From: Tubulanus polymorphus
Taxonomy: Eukaryota > Animalia > Nemertea
Direction of reading: 5' to 3'
Assembly (NCBI RefSeq): GCF_964204645.1
Contig: NC_134028.1
Location: forward strand, 18,731,653 to 18,795,652
DNA length: 64,000 bases
Shown here piece after piece: positions 51,706 through 63,758 of the stretch. Position 1 is the stretch's first letter; the number at the start of each line of letters is the position of its first letter. Both the position numbers and the translations under genes were made by a program. The notes under the pieces are model-generated. The model had not been told where the DNA came from. It saw nothing but the letters and a program-made list of their open reading frames with translations, and did no database searches.

Positions 51706-54417
51706 ATGGAAGAAGGTGGAGAAGATTATGAAATGGGTACTTTTAGTGAACCCTGCACAACTGAAGAACCACAACCTGATTTAAATGAAACTAATATCGA
51801 TAATGATGATGAATCAGCATTTAATTCTAATTTAACAGATAGTGGTTATAAAGCCCCATCAACAGTTGAATTTGATAGAAGCAATAAATCGAGAATAAAT
51901 ACTGAAAATTCAAATCCAGATTTAGAAAGACAAGATTTAGAATATATTAACCAAATGTATAAATTAAAACATATATTTAAAAATTCTGGATATAATTTAA
52001 ATGATGGAGGCGTCAGACTTTTAGTACAAAATTTAAAATTTTTAGATGGTGAATATTATTATCATTTGAAAAAGGATTATCATTTGGAAAAAGATTATTA
52101 TATTGATATCTCTTATAAAAATCAAAGAAAAATATTATCAAAATCAACTTTGTTTAAGTTAGACCCATCTAGAATTAAACAAGAAAATTAATTTTAGAAA
52201 ATTATTTGACGCCTGGGAAAAAAATGTAGAATTTCTGAGCTAAGCTAATGTGGAATTGCAAATTTGAAATCGAAGTTTTAAGAAATTTGGGAAATGATGA
52301 GATTTGGCGATTGGGTAGATGATACAGGTCTTCGACTCTAGTAGTGGTTTAAATTTTTTTATTGAAAATTCTCAATAATTGATTGCGAACTTGCGACCGA
52401 CTTCATTTACTTATGCCTCTAAGCTGGTCTGCAACTTCATTGCCTCCATGGATGAAGAAAGAGCTCTTCTGATGTCTGCTTCATCATGACTTCGAGCATA
52501 TCGTGTGGCCTAGCCAGCCGCCCCGGTCCCCGGCCACGGGTTTGGCTGTCACTCGATATCCTAGAGTCTTGAGTCTGGGTGGGTTGAAGTAGACATTGTC
52601 ATTTAAAATAACATGCTTATGTTGTTCTGTATGAATTACCCGTGTGTCATGTATGTTGTATTAATTTATTTTAAAATTTGTATTTATTGAATTTGGGAAT
52701 TTTATCCCGGATATCAATGTAATAAGGATCAATAAAGAATTGAATTGAATTGTCACCTTATACACATGCCATCAGAGGACATGGAGCCGTATATGACAGC
52801 TATGCGATTATAAATTGCTAATCTCACGAAACTTGCATACTCCTAATATCAAACATATTTTCTAAAACGTTTGAATATTGAAATTATATGTTTACACATT
52901 TTCATATTGACCGCTTGAAGCCGCTGATGAAATTCACGCCGGCCCTACACACATCGTAGATAGCTTCGTCATTCCACCGGCATGCCCATGTCAGGGTCTG
53001 ACTTTTATATCAGACTTCCGCATCGTGTATACATCCGCCATTTAACCGAATAATCCGATTTACTTATCATTTCTATTTATGCCTGCCGCTTCTGATATAT
53101 TCATACATCCGTTACTATTACAATACGTCTTCTAATGATATTTAATGCAATATAACATTTCGACGTTCAAATATAGGTCATTATATAATCACAGGAAGCC
53201 ATTCTACATCTACGTCAATAATATTTTGCCAGATTGCCAGCTTGTTTGTGTACACATAAACCTGTGACGTTTTGCACATCGATTTACGGCTGTCGTTTGT
53301 AAAATGACGCTGAATGGTTAACATTGTTTAGGTTTCATAATGGTAACGTTTTATAAGGCGTCAAAAAATAAGTATTAATAATGAAATAGAAAATGTAACA
53401 CAAGAAGAAATTGATGAATATGAAAGAGCATTTAAAAAAAGAATTAATTACTTATTTGAAACCATCAATAATAATTTAGAACCAAAAACAATCAAAAATA
53501 ATTTAGAACCAGAAACAATTCCTAAAGAAGTTATTAATTCCAAAACTAGTAAACTTTAATCAAACGAAACATCGAGAAGAGATATTCAACAAATTGATAA
53601 TGAATCAAGTCAATTACAGGAAAGAACTAATTTAGATAAAGCGATAGAAACAGTTAATTACTTAGAAAAGCAGATAAATAGTACTTTAGATACATCTCTT
53701 ACTGGAACAAAACAAATGAAACTTTTATCAGAAAAAGGATTTCTTGGTTTAACTGATGAAGATTTAGAAACATTTCCTGAACAAGCGCGTAGAGAAATTA
53801 AAGGTGTACAAATATCAGCTGATAAAATTGCGCATGATAAAAGTATAAGAGATCAAAAAATTATGTATTTGGAAAAAGAAAAAACTGATAAAAATGATGA
53901 AATAGAACAATTAAAGTCTGATTTAGCTCAACAAGTAATTGATGAAATTGAATATAGAATAAAAGAATTACGTTTAGAAAAAGAAATTAATGATTTAAAA
54001 GCTGACTTAGAAGTACAGGAAAAAGAAAAAAATATTTTAATGGAAAAATATGTTAATAATATTAAAAGATTAAAAGTTATTTCTAAAGATTTGTTGATTA
54101 AACCAAATTCTGAAATATCATTAAAAGATAGAATAAAATTATTATTTAAATAAAACCCCAGAATGAAAGTAATTTAAATACAAGATAAAGTTAAGGATGG
54201 TTTAAAGAAATTAGCAAAATATTTATGGGAACTATCTAAAAAATCTGCTGCAGCTTTACCAGGAATTATTGCATCAATTGTTGGTTTTATATTGAAATCT
54301 GCAGGAAACATTATTAACTTTGCTTCTGAACATATTATTTTATTTTTAATTACAGTTGTAAGTGCAATTATTTTTGGGTTAGTTAACATAATCAAAAATA
54401 AACATAATAAAAAATAA
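51706..54417 (+). pseudogene. Large acidic/coiled-coil Maverick protein with C-terminal amphipathic/TM region, split by a HINE insertion
   Basis: 51706-52176 resumes at ~53369 (SINNEIENV...); coiled coil 53716-54153; C-terminus LAKYLWELSKKSAAALPGIIASIVGFIL...IILFLITVVSAIIFGLV, stop at 54417. Confidence 0.72.
52177..53368 (-). mobile_element. Helentron/HINE-type element family B, copy 2, inserted in a Maverick ORF
   Basis: Closely similar to 31843-32910; interrupts an AT-rich ORF at an A-run. Confidence 0.82.
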
Positions 54418-54468
54418 TAAAAAATAAACATAATCAAAAATAAATAATTAATTGTTTTTGTTAAATAA

Positions 54469-55716
54469 ATGAGTGGAAGTTATATAAGTCCTTCTAAGAT
54501 TTCTAGAATATCTAATGCTATTAAAGCAGAAAGATCACATCATATAATTACTCATAACCCTTCAAATATTAATCCCGATGAAACTTTATATGTTAAAATT
54601 CCTCGATTAACACAAAATACTTTTTATGTTCCAAATAGTATTTATTTATCAGCTGATATAAAAGTAACCGGTAATAATAATAATTATGTTGTTGATAATG
54701 TTGGAAGATATTTGATTAAAAAATTAACTATAAAGATTGGTCCGGAAACAGTTTTCTCATTAGATGATTATGATTTATTTATGCATTATAAAGATTTATG
54801 GTTAACAAAAAAAAATAGAAATAATATGATATTTCAAGGCATCCAATCAGAAAACCAAAATAAATTAAGATCAGGAGCTAATGACGCAATAGTAACTCGT
54901 ACCGCAGATAATTTGATAAAAAAGATTTATGGAAGCAAATATAAAATTCCATTAGACTTTGAATTGATAAATAATAATGCACCTTTATATAAATACGCAA
55001 TTCAAGAAGATGTTATATTAGAAATAACATTTGCTCCTGTAAATGAAATTGTATTATCTAGCGTTGCTAAAGATATGGGTTATAAATTATCGAATATATG
55101 TTTAGAATATGATACAGTAACTGATGAAAATATTTCAAGTATAATTCAAACTCAATACAATCAAGGATTTTCATTATTATATGATTATATTGATAAATTT
55201 AAAACTGTAACTATTAATGCAAATGATGAAATAATTAATGAGAATATTAACTTCCCAAGAAGATCTATTAAAGGTATATTAATATTTTTTACTATTGCAA
55301 CATATTCTAATGGTGCAATACAGGTTGATAAGTATTATAATCCTGAAATAACAAAAGTAGAAATAACTATCGAAGGAATAGCAAATAAAATATTTTGTCA
55401 AGGAATAGGAATGATAGATCAATGGCCAGAAATTAGAAAACATTTTATGAATGAAAAAGTAAAATCATCTGAAAATTGTAATATTAATCAAATTGATTAT
55501 TATACTGGTAATAAATATGCATTATGGTTAGATTTTAGAACCACGGAGGATAATTCATTACATGGTTCTGGGAAAAAACTACAGAACACTAAAGATGGAA
55601 TACAATTATTCATGACAAAGAAAAAAGGAAGCTTAAATTTCAAAATGCATATTTATATTATATCTGACGCACAATTAAATATTGTAAATTCTCAATTAAA
55701 TAGTGTTATGTATTAG
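54469..55716 (+). CDS. Major capsid protein (double jelly roll, Maverick/adintovirus hexon-like), intact 415 aa
   Basis: Size, beta-rich pattern and motifs HIITHNPSNI.P.ETLYV.IPRL, NVGR.LIKKL, YKDLWL, KIPLDF, YKLSNI.LEY, RRS.KGIL, YNP.IT.V.ITIEG, LW.D.RT.ED..LHGSG; genomic context with penton and ATPase. Confidence 0.82.
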   Translation: MSGSYISPSKISRISNAIKAERSHHIITHNPSNINPDETLYVKIPRLTQNTFYVPNSIYLSADIKVTGNNNNYVVDNVGRYLIKKLTIKIGPETVFSLDDYDLFMHYKDLWLTKKNRNNMIFQGIQSENQNKLRSGANDAIVTRTADNLIKKIYGSKYKIPLDFELINNNAPLYKYAIQEDVILEITFAPVNEIVLSSVAKDMGYKLSNICLEYDTVTDENISSIIQTQYNQGFSLLYDYIDKFKTVTINANDEIINENINFPRRSIKGILIFFTIATYSNGAIQVDKYYNPEITKVEITIEGIANKIFCQGIGMIDQWPEIRKHFMNEKVKSSENCNINQIDYYTGNKYALWLDFRTTEDNSLHGSGKKLQNTKDGIQLFMTKKKGSLNFKMHIYIISDAQLNIVNSQLNSVMY

Positions 55717-56214
55717 AATTTTCACTTTAATAAAAATTTATCATATTATAATTAGCGGTGGGCCTCAACATGTACGGTGTGTATCTCCTCTGTAACCGTG
55801 GCGTTTCTGCACTTCATACTCACACATATTGTTGGTATGTATGTGAAGATGGTCATGGGGTATCTTTTTTGGAAAAAAATTCAATATATGTGGAAAAAAC
55901 GAACTTAATTCACGACAGATTTACAGATGCTCACCGGCTAATAGTTCTCAATTCTTTTAGCAGATGGCGCCAGTAGTGCGTGTTTAGTTTGACAATCAAA
56001 AGAGATAATCGAATGATTGTTTACAGTTACTGGGCAAGGATTCAATCACTATGGTCATGGGGTAACCTTTTGGACGACATTTTGTGTATTTTCGGCAAAA
56101 AGTGAATTTATTCTTAGTTTAAATTCATCGTATAAATTCATCGTCAAATTTGTATCTGTTTAGTTTAAATTCATCGTCGAATTTGTATCTGTTTAATTCA
56201 CAAGTGAATCGAAT

Positions 56215-56303
56215 TGTCCGGTGGCCGATCGGTATCATCGCAGACTCGCGTGTGGAAGCCCCGGGTTCGCCTTCCGAGCGGGGCCACTATTTTTTTTTTT
56301 TTT
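56215..56303 (+). ncRNA. tRNA-like / Pol III-type unit inside the Helitron
   Basis: A-box-like GGTGGCCGATCGGTA and B-box-like GGGTTCGCCTTCC at tRNA spacing, ending GGGGCCA and followed by a T14 run; the cloverleaf is imperfect. Confidence 0.5.
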
Positions 56304-56623
56304 AAACTGACCCAGTGATGTCTTTAATGCAAGAGATGAGATTTCGTGTCAAAGCATGTTATGTAAGTAATTTTGTTCTTTGTTTTCTCGGAATAATATT
56401 TATTCTTTCACTGCCTACTGCTCACACTGCCTCACACGGCTTCATGGTCTGAAGCGGAAATACAACTGCTTCTTCAGTTCTCATTCACGTGTATTCATTC
56501 CATTCATGCTTTGAAAACCTGTTTCAGTGTGTTTTGTATTCATCTATTGTCATCGTCAACCTTCGTTGGTGTCAATAACGTTTATAACAAAGGTAGGCTG
56601 ATTGACGTAATACACAGAGGCAG

Positions 56624-57160
56624 ATGTCCGTTAATATTAATGAAAGAATAACAACAATTATAAACAAGATCAAACAGTCGGAAAGTAGCATTGTGAAAGA
56701 TTTGGCAGTGGCTGAGCTCAACATTGTATATCACAACTGTAAGGAGTCCAGTAAGTTGAACCCTCGCGCATTATCTTGCATCCGGGAATCGTTTGATAAA
56801 TTCTGTACAGACATACAGAAAGACTTAGCAGCCCTACAAACAGATGCCCGAAGGACCATAGCGGGATTCAAATCCCAGATTGCAAAATCTGCAATCAAAC
56901 CGGTAGCTCAATCGACACCAAAACGGAAATGTCTGTTTCAAAATTCCGAACCGCAGCCGAAGAAAGTGCTACTACAAAAACCAAAAACCACAGATCCAGA
57001 GATTGAAACTACATGTAGTACAAACTTAGACATATCCAGCACAGATGATGCCGAACTATCCCTGGCACTGCAGATGTGCGACACTCAGACGAGAGAGAAG
57101 AGTGAAGAGCAAGTTGATGAAGAGGGGGCGATGAAGATAATAAATTCAGAATCTGAATAA
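56624..57160 (+). CDS. Helitron accessory ORF, unknown function (178 aa)
   Basis: Intact ATG-TAA ORF with AATAAA at the stop; helical N-half and low-complexity acidic C-half. Confidence 0.6.
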   Translation: MSVNINERITTIINKIKQSESSIVKDLAVAELNIVYHNCKESSKLNPRALSCIRESFDKFCTDIQKDLAALQTDARRTIAGFKSQIAKSAIKPVAQSTPKRKCLFQNSEPQPKKVLLQKPKTTDPEIETTCSTNLDISSTDDAELSLALQMCDTQTREKSEEQVDEEGAMKIINSESE

Positions 57161-57252
57161 AATTTGTAACATTTTGATAATAAAAAGATAATTTGTAATT
57201 TCATTGCAGACTAACTTTTTTTCTTTGACGGTAATTGGTTGAGGTTTTAAAA

Positions 57253-60200
57253 ATGCCTAAAAAGGCCAGCAGTCGTTCCCTTTCACGGTCATCAAAAGAT
57301 GCAGCTGCTAGAAAAACAACGCGAGCACAAGAAAGTCCACAACAGAGAGAAGAAAGAACAAGTCGGATGCGTGACCGAGTTAGAGCACTAAGATTGGATG
57401 CACGATCACAGTCAGAACCCCCAACTCGCCATTTTAGGGATTCTGATTTTCTAAGACTTGGAGTTTCTGAACACTTTGATGAGGATACACTACCTCATGA
57501 CCTCATACGCCACAATTGTAGAAAACTTTATGACATTAACTGCGCACATTGCAGTGCGTACAGATGGCCAGACGAAAAGCCATCCATGTGTTGCAAAAGT
57601 GGGAAAATTTTTGTCGAACCTATACCTGCACCACCGGCAGATATTTGTTATCTCTTTGATAATGATGAACATTTTCTGAACAATATAAGGGCATACAATA
57701 ATGCTTTAGCCCTGGCATCAATTGGCTGTACTACTGTTTCACCTCCAGGTTTTAATCCCACATTTAAAATACAAGGTAAAATGTACCATCATATTGGTTC
57801 CTTACTTCCAGACGAGACATCCACGCCTAAGTACGCACAGTTATTTTTTTATGACACCGATAATGAGGTTGAAAATCGTCTGCTGCATATGAGTGCATTG
57901 AATCGTGATATCCTGACCAAATTGCAACAATACCTTCACGAAGTTAATTCATATGTACAGTCATTTAAAAGTGCCATAGAACTGACATCTAGCACAGATG
58001 AAGATATTCGCATCATCCTACATGCTGACAAGAAATTGAAACCATCGCTTGAGCACTGTAGATTATGTAACTTACCAACTTCGTCTGAGGTATCAGCTCT
58101 ATGCCCGGAGATGTATGCGGAAATGCTGATGTTATAGTACAATTTCGCGAAGGCGGTTTAAAGAAAATCAGTAATCTACACAGATCATATGATCCGTTAC
58201 ATTATGTTCTTCTCTTCCCATATGGAACGGATGGTTGGCAGTTAGGTCTGAAAACCACTGATAATAAAACACTCACCGCATTAGATTTCTATTCGTACCG
58301 CCTCCATGTTCGGAAAAATGATTCAAATATTCTAATGAAAAGTCGTCGTTTGTTACAACAGTATGCGGTAGATCAGTGGGCTAAAATTGAAATGTCCCGA
58401 CTGCAATGGGCGAAATTACACCAGAAGACCATAAGAGCCGAAAAATACCAAGGATTACATGATGCCATACAGAATGGTGATGTCATGAACCCAGGTAAAA
58501 AAATAATTCTACCACCAACAATATATGGATCTCCGCGCTTCTATTCAGAGGCATTTCAAAATGCGATGACTATTGTCCGATACATTGGACGACCAGACTA
58601 TTTCATCACTTTTACAACAAATCCAAAGTGGCCTGAAATAGTGGAATCTCTAAATCCGGGTGAGCGAGCACATGATCGACCAGACATTGCTGTAAGAGTG
58701 TTCAAACTGAAATTTGACTCTCTGATGGATGACCTCCTGAAGAAGCATGTGTTGGGCCGCGTGAAAGCACATACTGCAACAATAGAGTGGCAGAAACGCG
58801 GGCTTTCACATGCCCACATATTGCTCATTATGGATAACGACGATAAGCCAAGGACGCCGGAAATCATTGACCAGGTAGTGAGTGCAGAAATTCCCGATAT
58901 AGCATGCAATCCACGGCTGCATAAAATAATAACCGCAAATAATATACATGGACCATGTGGTACAATAAATCCCGGGAATCCTTGCATGGATGGTATTGGC
59001 GTTAGCAGGAGATGCACAAGAGATTTCCCAAAGATGTTTTCTCAGCGAACAGTGGTCCATGACGACAATTACCCTGTTTACAGACGAAGATCCCCAGATC
59101 AAGGGGGCTATAGACACACCATTCGTATCCGAGGTGCTGATTTTGATGTCGACAACTCATTTGTGGTTCCATATAACCCACTGCTGTCACTCAGATATGA
59201 TGCTCATATTAATGTTGAAGTCGTTCACTCTATACAGGCCGTGAAATATCTATATAAGTACATCACAAAGGGACAGGACAAAGTTATTGTTTCATCGGAC
59301 GATGGATCGTCAGCCCAAGATGAAATATCCACCTACCTCAATGCACGCTACATATCGGCAAGTGAAGCGTTCTGGAAGATATATGGCTTCCCCATTCACC
59401 AAAAATATCCTCCAGTTGAGAAATTGCCGTGTCATTTATCAGGAGAACAAACTGTGCTGTTCCAAGCAAGTGATGCTGCTACAGTTGTAGAAAATGGACC
59501 GCCCACCACCAAATTGACAGCCTTCTTCCAAATGAATGCAGAGGATGAAACTTCTAGAACTATCCTGTATCCAGAATTCCCAAGATACTTCACGTGGAAC
59601 ACGTCGGGTAAAAAATGGCAACGAAGAAAACGTGGAACAGTCAATGCTAATGGTGAAATAACAACCGATGTACTAGGACGTATACCCACGATATCATTAA
59701 GTGCCCATCAAACTGAACTGTATTTCTTGCGAATGCTCCTACACCATCGGGCAGGTGCCACAAGCTATGAAGACCTTCGAACAATCAACGGTGAACTATG
59801 CCCTACATTCCAAGATGCATGCATGAAACTCGGCCTCATAACAGATGATGGAGAAATATATCGTGCCATGGAAGAAGCCTCAAATCTACAGTTTGGGTCA
59901 CAATTAAGGAACTTTTTTGCCACACTTCTAATCTACTGCAGGCCATCAGACCCATTGCAGTTTTGGAACAAATGGAGAACTGAGTTAAGCAGGGACATAA
60001 TGCACCAAATGGATGTTGATCACGTTACTGCCAGAGTTGAGAATGAAGTTCTACTACAGTTACAGCATGCAGTTCAACGTGAAGGCCTGGATCTTGCATT
60101 GGATTTCTCGCTTCCATTACCAGTATTGGATTCAGTCACCTCTTTGCCCAGAGTGATTTCTGAAGAAACGTCTTATGATATGCCAGCACTGCACGCTGCA

Positions 60201-61595
60201 CTCACAGAAAAGCTGCCAACCTTAAATGATGAACAAAAACTCATTTATGATGCTGTCATTGGATCACTTCAGAATGATGAAGGCAAACTTTTCTGCATAA
60301 ATGCCAGTGGTGGAACTGGGAAAACCTACTTGCTTAACGTTATTCTAACGGCAGCAAGATGCAATGGTTTCGTAGCATTAGGAACTGCTCTTTCTGGTAT
60401 TGCATCCACACTCCTAGACAATGGCAGAACACTACATTCAAGATGTAAAATTCCTATAAATGTCAAAGAAGACTCGACATGCAATATCTCCAACAATACT
60501 GCTACAGCTGACCTGCTAAGACGTACAACACTCTTGGTAATTGATGAGGTATCCATGGGTAACAAACATACATTTGAATGTCTTGATAGATCATTACAGG
60601 ATATACGTCAGAATCCCTTGCTATTTGGAGGTCTTACTGTTGTATTCGCGGGAGATTGGCGACAAATTCTACCTGTCGTCCGTCATGGCTCTCGACCTCA
60701 AATTGTTGATGCTACCCTAAAGCGTTCCTACATATGGCCCCACGTGAAAATGTTGCAGCTTACTCAAAATATGAGATTACAACTTTCAGATGATCAGGAT
60801 TTCCCCAGCTACCTCATGTCAATAGGTAATGGTACGACTGAAACATTCGCTGACATTGGACCCAACACCGTTACAGTTCCTGATCACCTTTCATTACCGA
60901 CTAACAGGTTGGATGATCTGTGCGATTTTGTTTTTGGTGATAGTGTGTCCCCTGATTCCTTATGCAGTAAGGCTATTATCGCTCCAACTAACAAAGCTGT
61001 TGAGAAGGTCAACAACCGCATGATCTCAAAGTTCTCCGGTACTCAGCGTGAATATCTCAGTTCAGATGCGGTACTGGAAAATGAGCACCAGTATCCTCTG
61101 GAATTCATCCACTCTCTAAACCCATCTGGACTTCCTCCACATAAACTCATCTTAAAGCAAAACTGTCCAATAATGCTACTCAGAAATTTAGACCCCGCCC
61201 ATGGACACTGTAATGGCACTAGATACATCATTACCCATCTGCATGATCATGTTATCGAGGCCGTAATAGCTACTGGTGTTCATGCAAGAAATCGACTATT
61301 TATTCCGCGTATACCGATGGCGCCCAGTGATACTTTGTATCCTTTCCAAATGCAACGTAGGCAGTTCCCAATTAAGTTAGCATTCGGTATAACTGCCAAC
61401 AAATCTCAAGGTCAAACATTGAATCGTGTTGGTATCTATTTGCCTACAAGTTTCTTTTCGCATGGTCAGCTGTACGTAGCGATGAGTCGTGTCACATCGT
61501 GCAGCAATCTCAAACTTCTGTGTACTCACAAACCCAATGATGAAAACTGTGAAATTAAATATACGGACAATGTCGTGTATAAAGAAATACTGTAA
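57253..61595 (+). CDS. Helitron Rep (HUH-Y2)-PIF1 helicase, one frameshift near 58098-58101
   Basis: Zn motif CAHCSA...CCKSG; Rep motifs FITFT, EWQKRGLSHAHIL, KYLYKYITKG; helicase motifs ASGGTGKT, VIDEVSM, GDWRQILPV, QNMR, CNGTR, RRQFP, TANKSQGQT, FSHGQLYVAMSR. Confidence 0.96.
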
Positions 61596-62004
61596 TAAAT
61601 ACTGCAATGCAATGTATAATTGCCCTATTCGAATTGTGAAATAATATGTCGTATAGAAACAGTTTATCTACCCTTCAGAATTGTTGGCTTAATGTAAAAT
61701 TTCATTAAATTGTTTGCCCCAAAAAAGATTAATGTACCTTAAGAAATTGTTGCGCATTTGAAAATTGTTGCCGTCATAAGTAGAAACGTTTTTAAGTGTA
61801 ATTTATGAATTCATAGATATATAATACATTTTATTTTACATCTATTTGCTTATGGTTTCCTTCTGTTTATCCATCCCTGTCAGCATTATATTATATTCGT
61901 CTGAAACTCAATCTGATATTAATAACCCAGGAGACACTATTAAAACCATACTGTTCACACACCATAGAAACCCGTCAGCGACGGGTATTCAGCTAGTATA
62001 ATAA

Positions 62005-62652
62005 ATGGAAGGAGGTAAAGTATATGAAAGAATAAAAGCTGATAAAGAAATCAATGATAATTTATATTATGTAATACCTTATAAAAGAATAAATGAATAT
62101 ATTGGAACATTTTTATTAAATGAATTAAATCAATACAAAGAATATTTAATTGAACGTAATAATGATATAAATAAAAAAGATAATATTAATGATAATATAG
62201 ATAATATACCTTCTACATCAAATAATGTTTTACCTTCTATATCAAATAATGAAATAATATTAAATATTAGTGAAAATAGAAATTATTGTGATTATTGTAA
62301 TGGTGAATTTTCAAACTTTCCATCAAATTGGAATAATCACATGAATACAAATGTACATATTACTAATGTTATAGAACGTGTTGGTATAAGAGAATTTATA
62401 GAACACCCATTTAAATATGTTACAAAGTTTGTTTCAAATAAAAAAGTAAATGGTAAAGAATTATATGAAGATTTATTATTAGCAAAACCTAATAAAGATG
62501 AATTAGATTTAACAGATACTAATAAAATATTAGAATCAAACATTGTCAATGAAATATTAGGAAAAAACACTAAGAAAGATGATAATGAAACTATAGTTAC
62601 AGTATTGATATTAAAGATAATGTGGATACATTTTTTACGAAAGATAAAGTAG
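62005..62652 (+). CDS. Maverick hypothetical protein with C2H2-type finger (3' end probably frameshifted)
   Basis: TAAATG start; CDYC...H..TNVH motif; Asn-rich. Confidence 0.65.
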   Translation: MEGGKVYERIKADKEINDNLYYVIPYKRINEYIGTFLLNELNQYKEYLIERNNDINKKDNINDNIDNIPSTSNNVLPSISNNEIILNISENRNYCDYCNGEFSNFPSNWNNHMNTNVHITNVIERVGIREFIEHPFKYVTKFVSNKKVNGKELYEDLLLAKPNKDELDLTDTNKILESNIVNEILGKNTKKDDNETIVTVLILKIMWIHFLRKIK

Positions 62653-62834
62653 TAACTATTGATGATGTGGTAAAAAGGATGAATAAGTATAACAATAATG
62701 AAGAATTTGAAGAAGATTCGGTAGAGAGTTTGGAAATATTTTGTTAGGGTATGATATTGAAAGTGATTAACATATTAATTATATTTAACTCAAATAATAA
62801 TATTGGATGAAAATTGTATAAAATAATAGTAAAT

Positions 62835-63135
62835 AAAAAAAGGGGTTTTAAGTATTTATGTATCTAATACATATCTAATACATATCTAATACATATTATT
62901 TGAAAATACCTTAAATTGTATATTTTTTTTTAAATTTATATTGAAACCTCAGTAATAATAAATAACCTTTATTATTTTCAAACTTATTCATATATTAGTT
63001 GAAAAAATAAAAATAAATTGGTTGAAAATTGTATGAATAATATTTATTTTAAAAAAGGGGGTTTTAAGTATTAATGTATCTAATACGTATCTAATACATA
63101 CCTAATACATACCTAATACATAAATACTTAAAATA
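62835..63135. terminator. Duplicated intergenic block with 12-bp repeats and an 18-bp-stem hairpin between convergent ORFs
   Basis: AAAAAAGGGGTTTTAAGTATT.ATGTATCTAATAC occurs at 62835 and 63051, each followed by TATCTAATACA(T) repeats. Stem TTTTAAGTATTAATGTAT / ATACATAAATACTTAAAA (63062-63133) lies next to the ATPase stop. Confidence 0.5.
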
Positions 63136-63137
63136 TC

Positions 63138-63758
63138 TTATTCTATAAACTTATATTCATATGGAAATTGAAGCCTCAGAAGTAATTTTGAACCTTTATT
63201 ATTCTTTAATTTATTCATATATTCATCATGTAACTCAGTAGGTATAATTTGATTTTCTTCCAATGATTGTTGCATAGATTTTCTATCTTTGTTATGAAAT
63301 AAAACTAGAAATCTTATATTCTCCCTAAAGTCTTTAACAATTGAATTATATTTTTGATTTAAAACCCATGTTGTTATCCCGAAATGTCTCCCAGAGAAAG
63401 CCAGATAACATAACTCACTTTCTATCACTTTTGAATCATGTAAATTTGCGCAATCATCTATAATGAATAATGTATTTAATCCTTTATAAGTATCAATTGC
63501 TATTTTAATACAATTATCTAAATTTTCTTTTACTGTTTTAGGATTTAATATAATAAACTTTTTCATCTTAACTATATCTCTATTATATGTTTTATTCATT
63601 TCATAAGTAGGACAAAATAATATTATATAATCAAAATGATTCTTATATATAGTTTCTAACAAATCTAATTTCTATCAAATGAAATGTGTTTTACCACAAT
63701 TGGTTACTCCAGTAACTAACATATTATGCGGTTCAAATATAGATAAATCTTTATTCAT
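63138..63758 (-). pseudogene. A32/FtsK-type genome packaging ATPase
   Basis: ATG at 63758 within TAAATG; Walker A GVTNCGKT, Walker B FIIDD and A32 motif GRHFGITTWVLNQ; in-frame TGA TAG just after Walker A. Confidence 0.92.

Larger units (their letters stand above)
55741..61996 (+). mobile_element. Helitron (Helitron1-type), near-intact autonomous copy, 6256 bp
   Basis: A|TC 5' end at 55741; 3' hairpin ACCCGTC-AGC-GACGGGT at 61970-61986 then CTAG|T at 61993-61997; RepHel ORF; GC-richer than the surrounding Maverick. Confidence 0.95.

Noticed and set aside
54469-55716. Intact major capsid ORF as evidence of host domestication
   Set aside because: At the PolB rate (7 stops per 1314 codons) about 2.2 stops are expected in 415 codons, so zero has roughly an 11% chance. 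Not significant without dN/dS or expression data.
58598-61607. Antisense and alternate-frame ORFs over RepHel (and 37866..38144 over the LINE RT)
   Set aside because: Shadow ORFs of long coding sequences, with no motifs.
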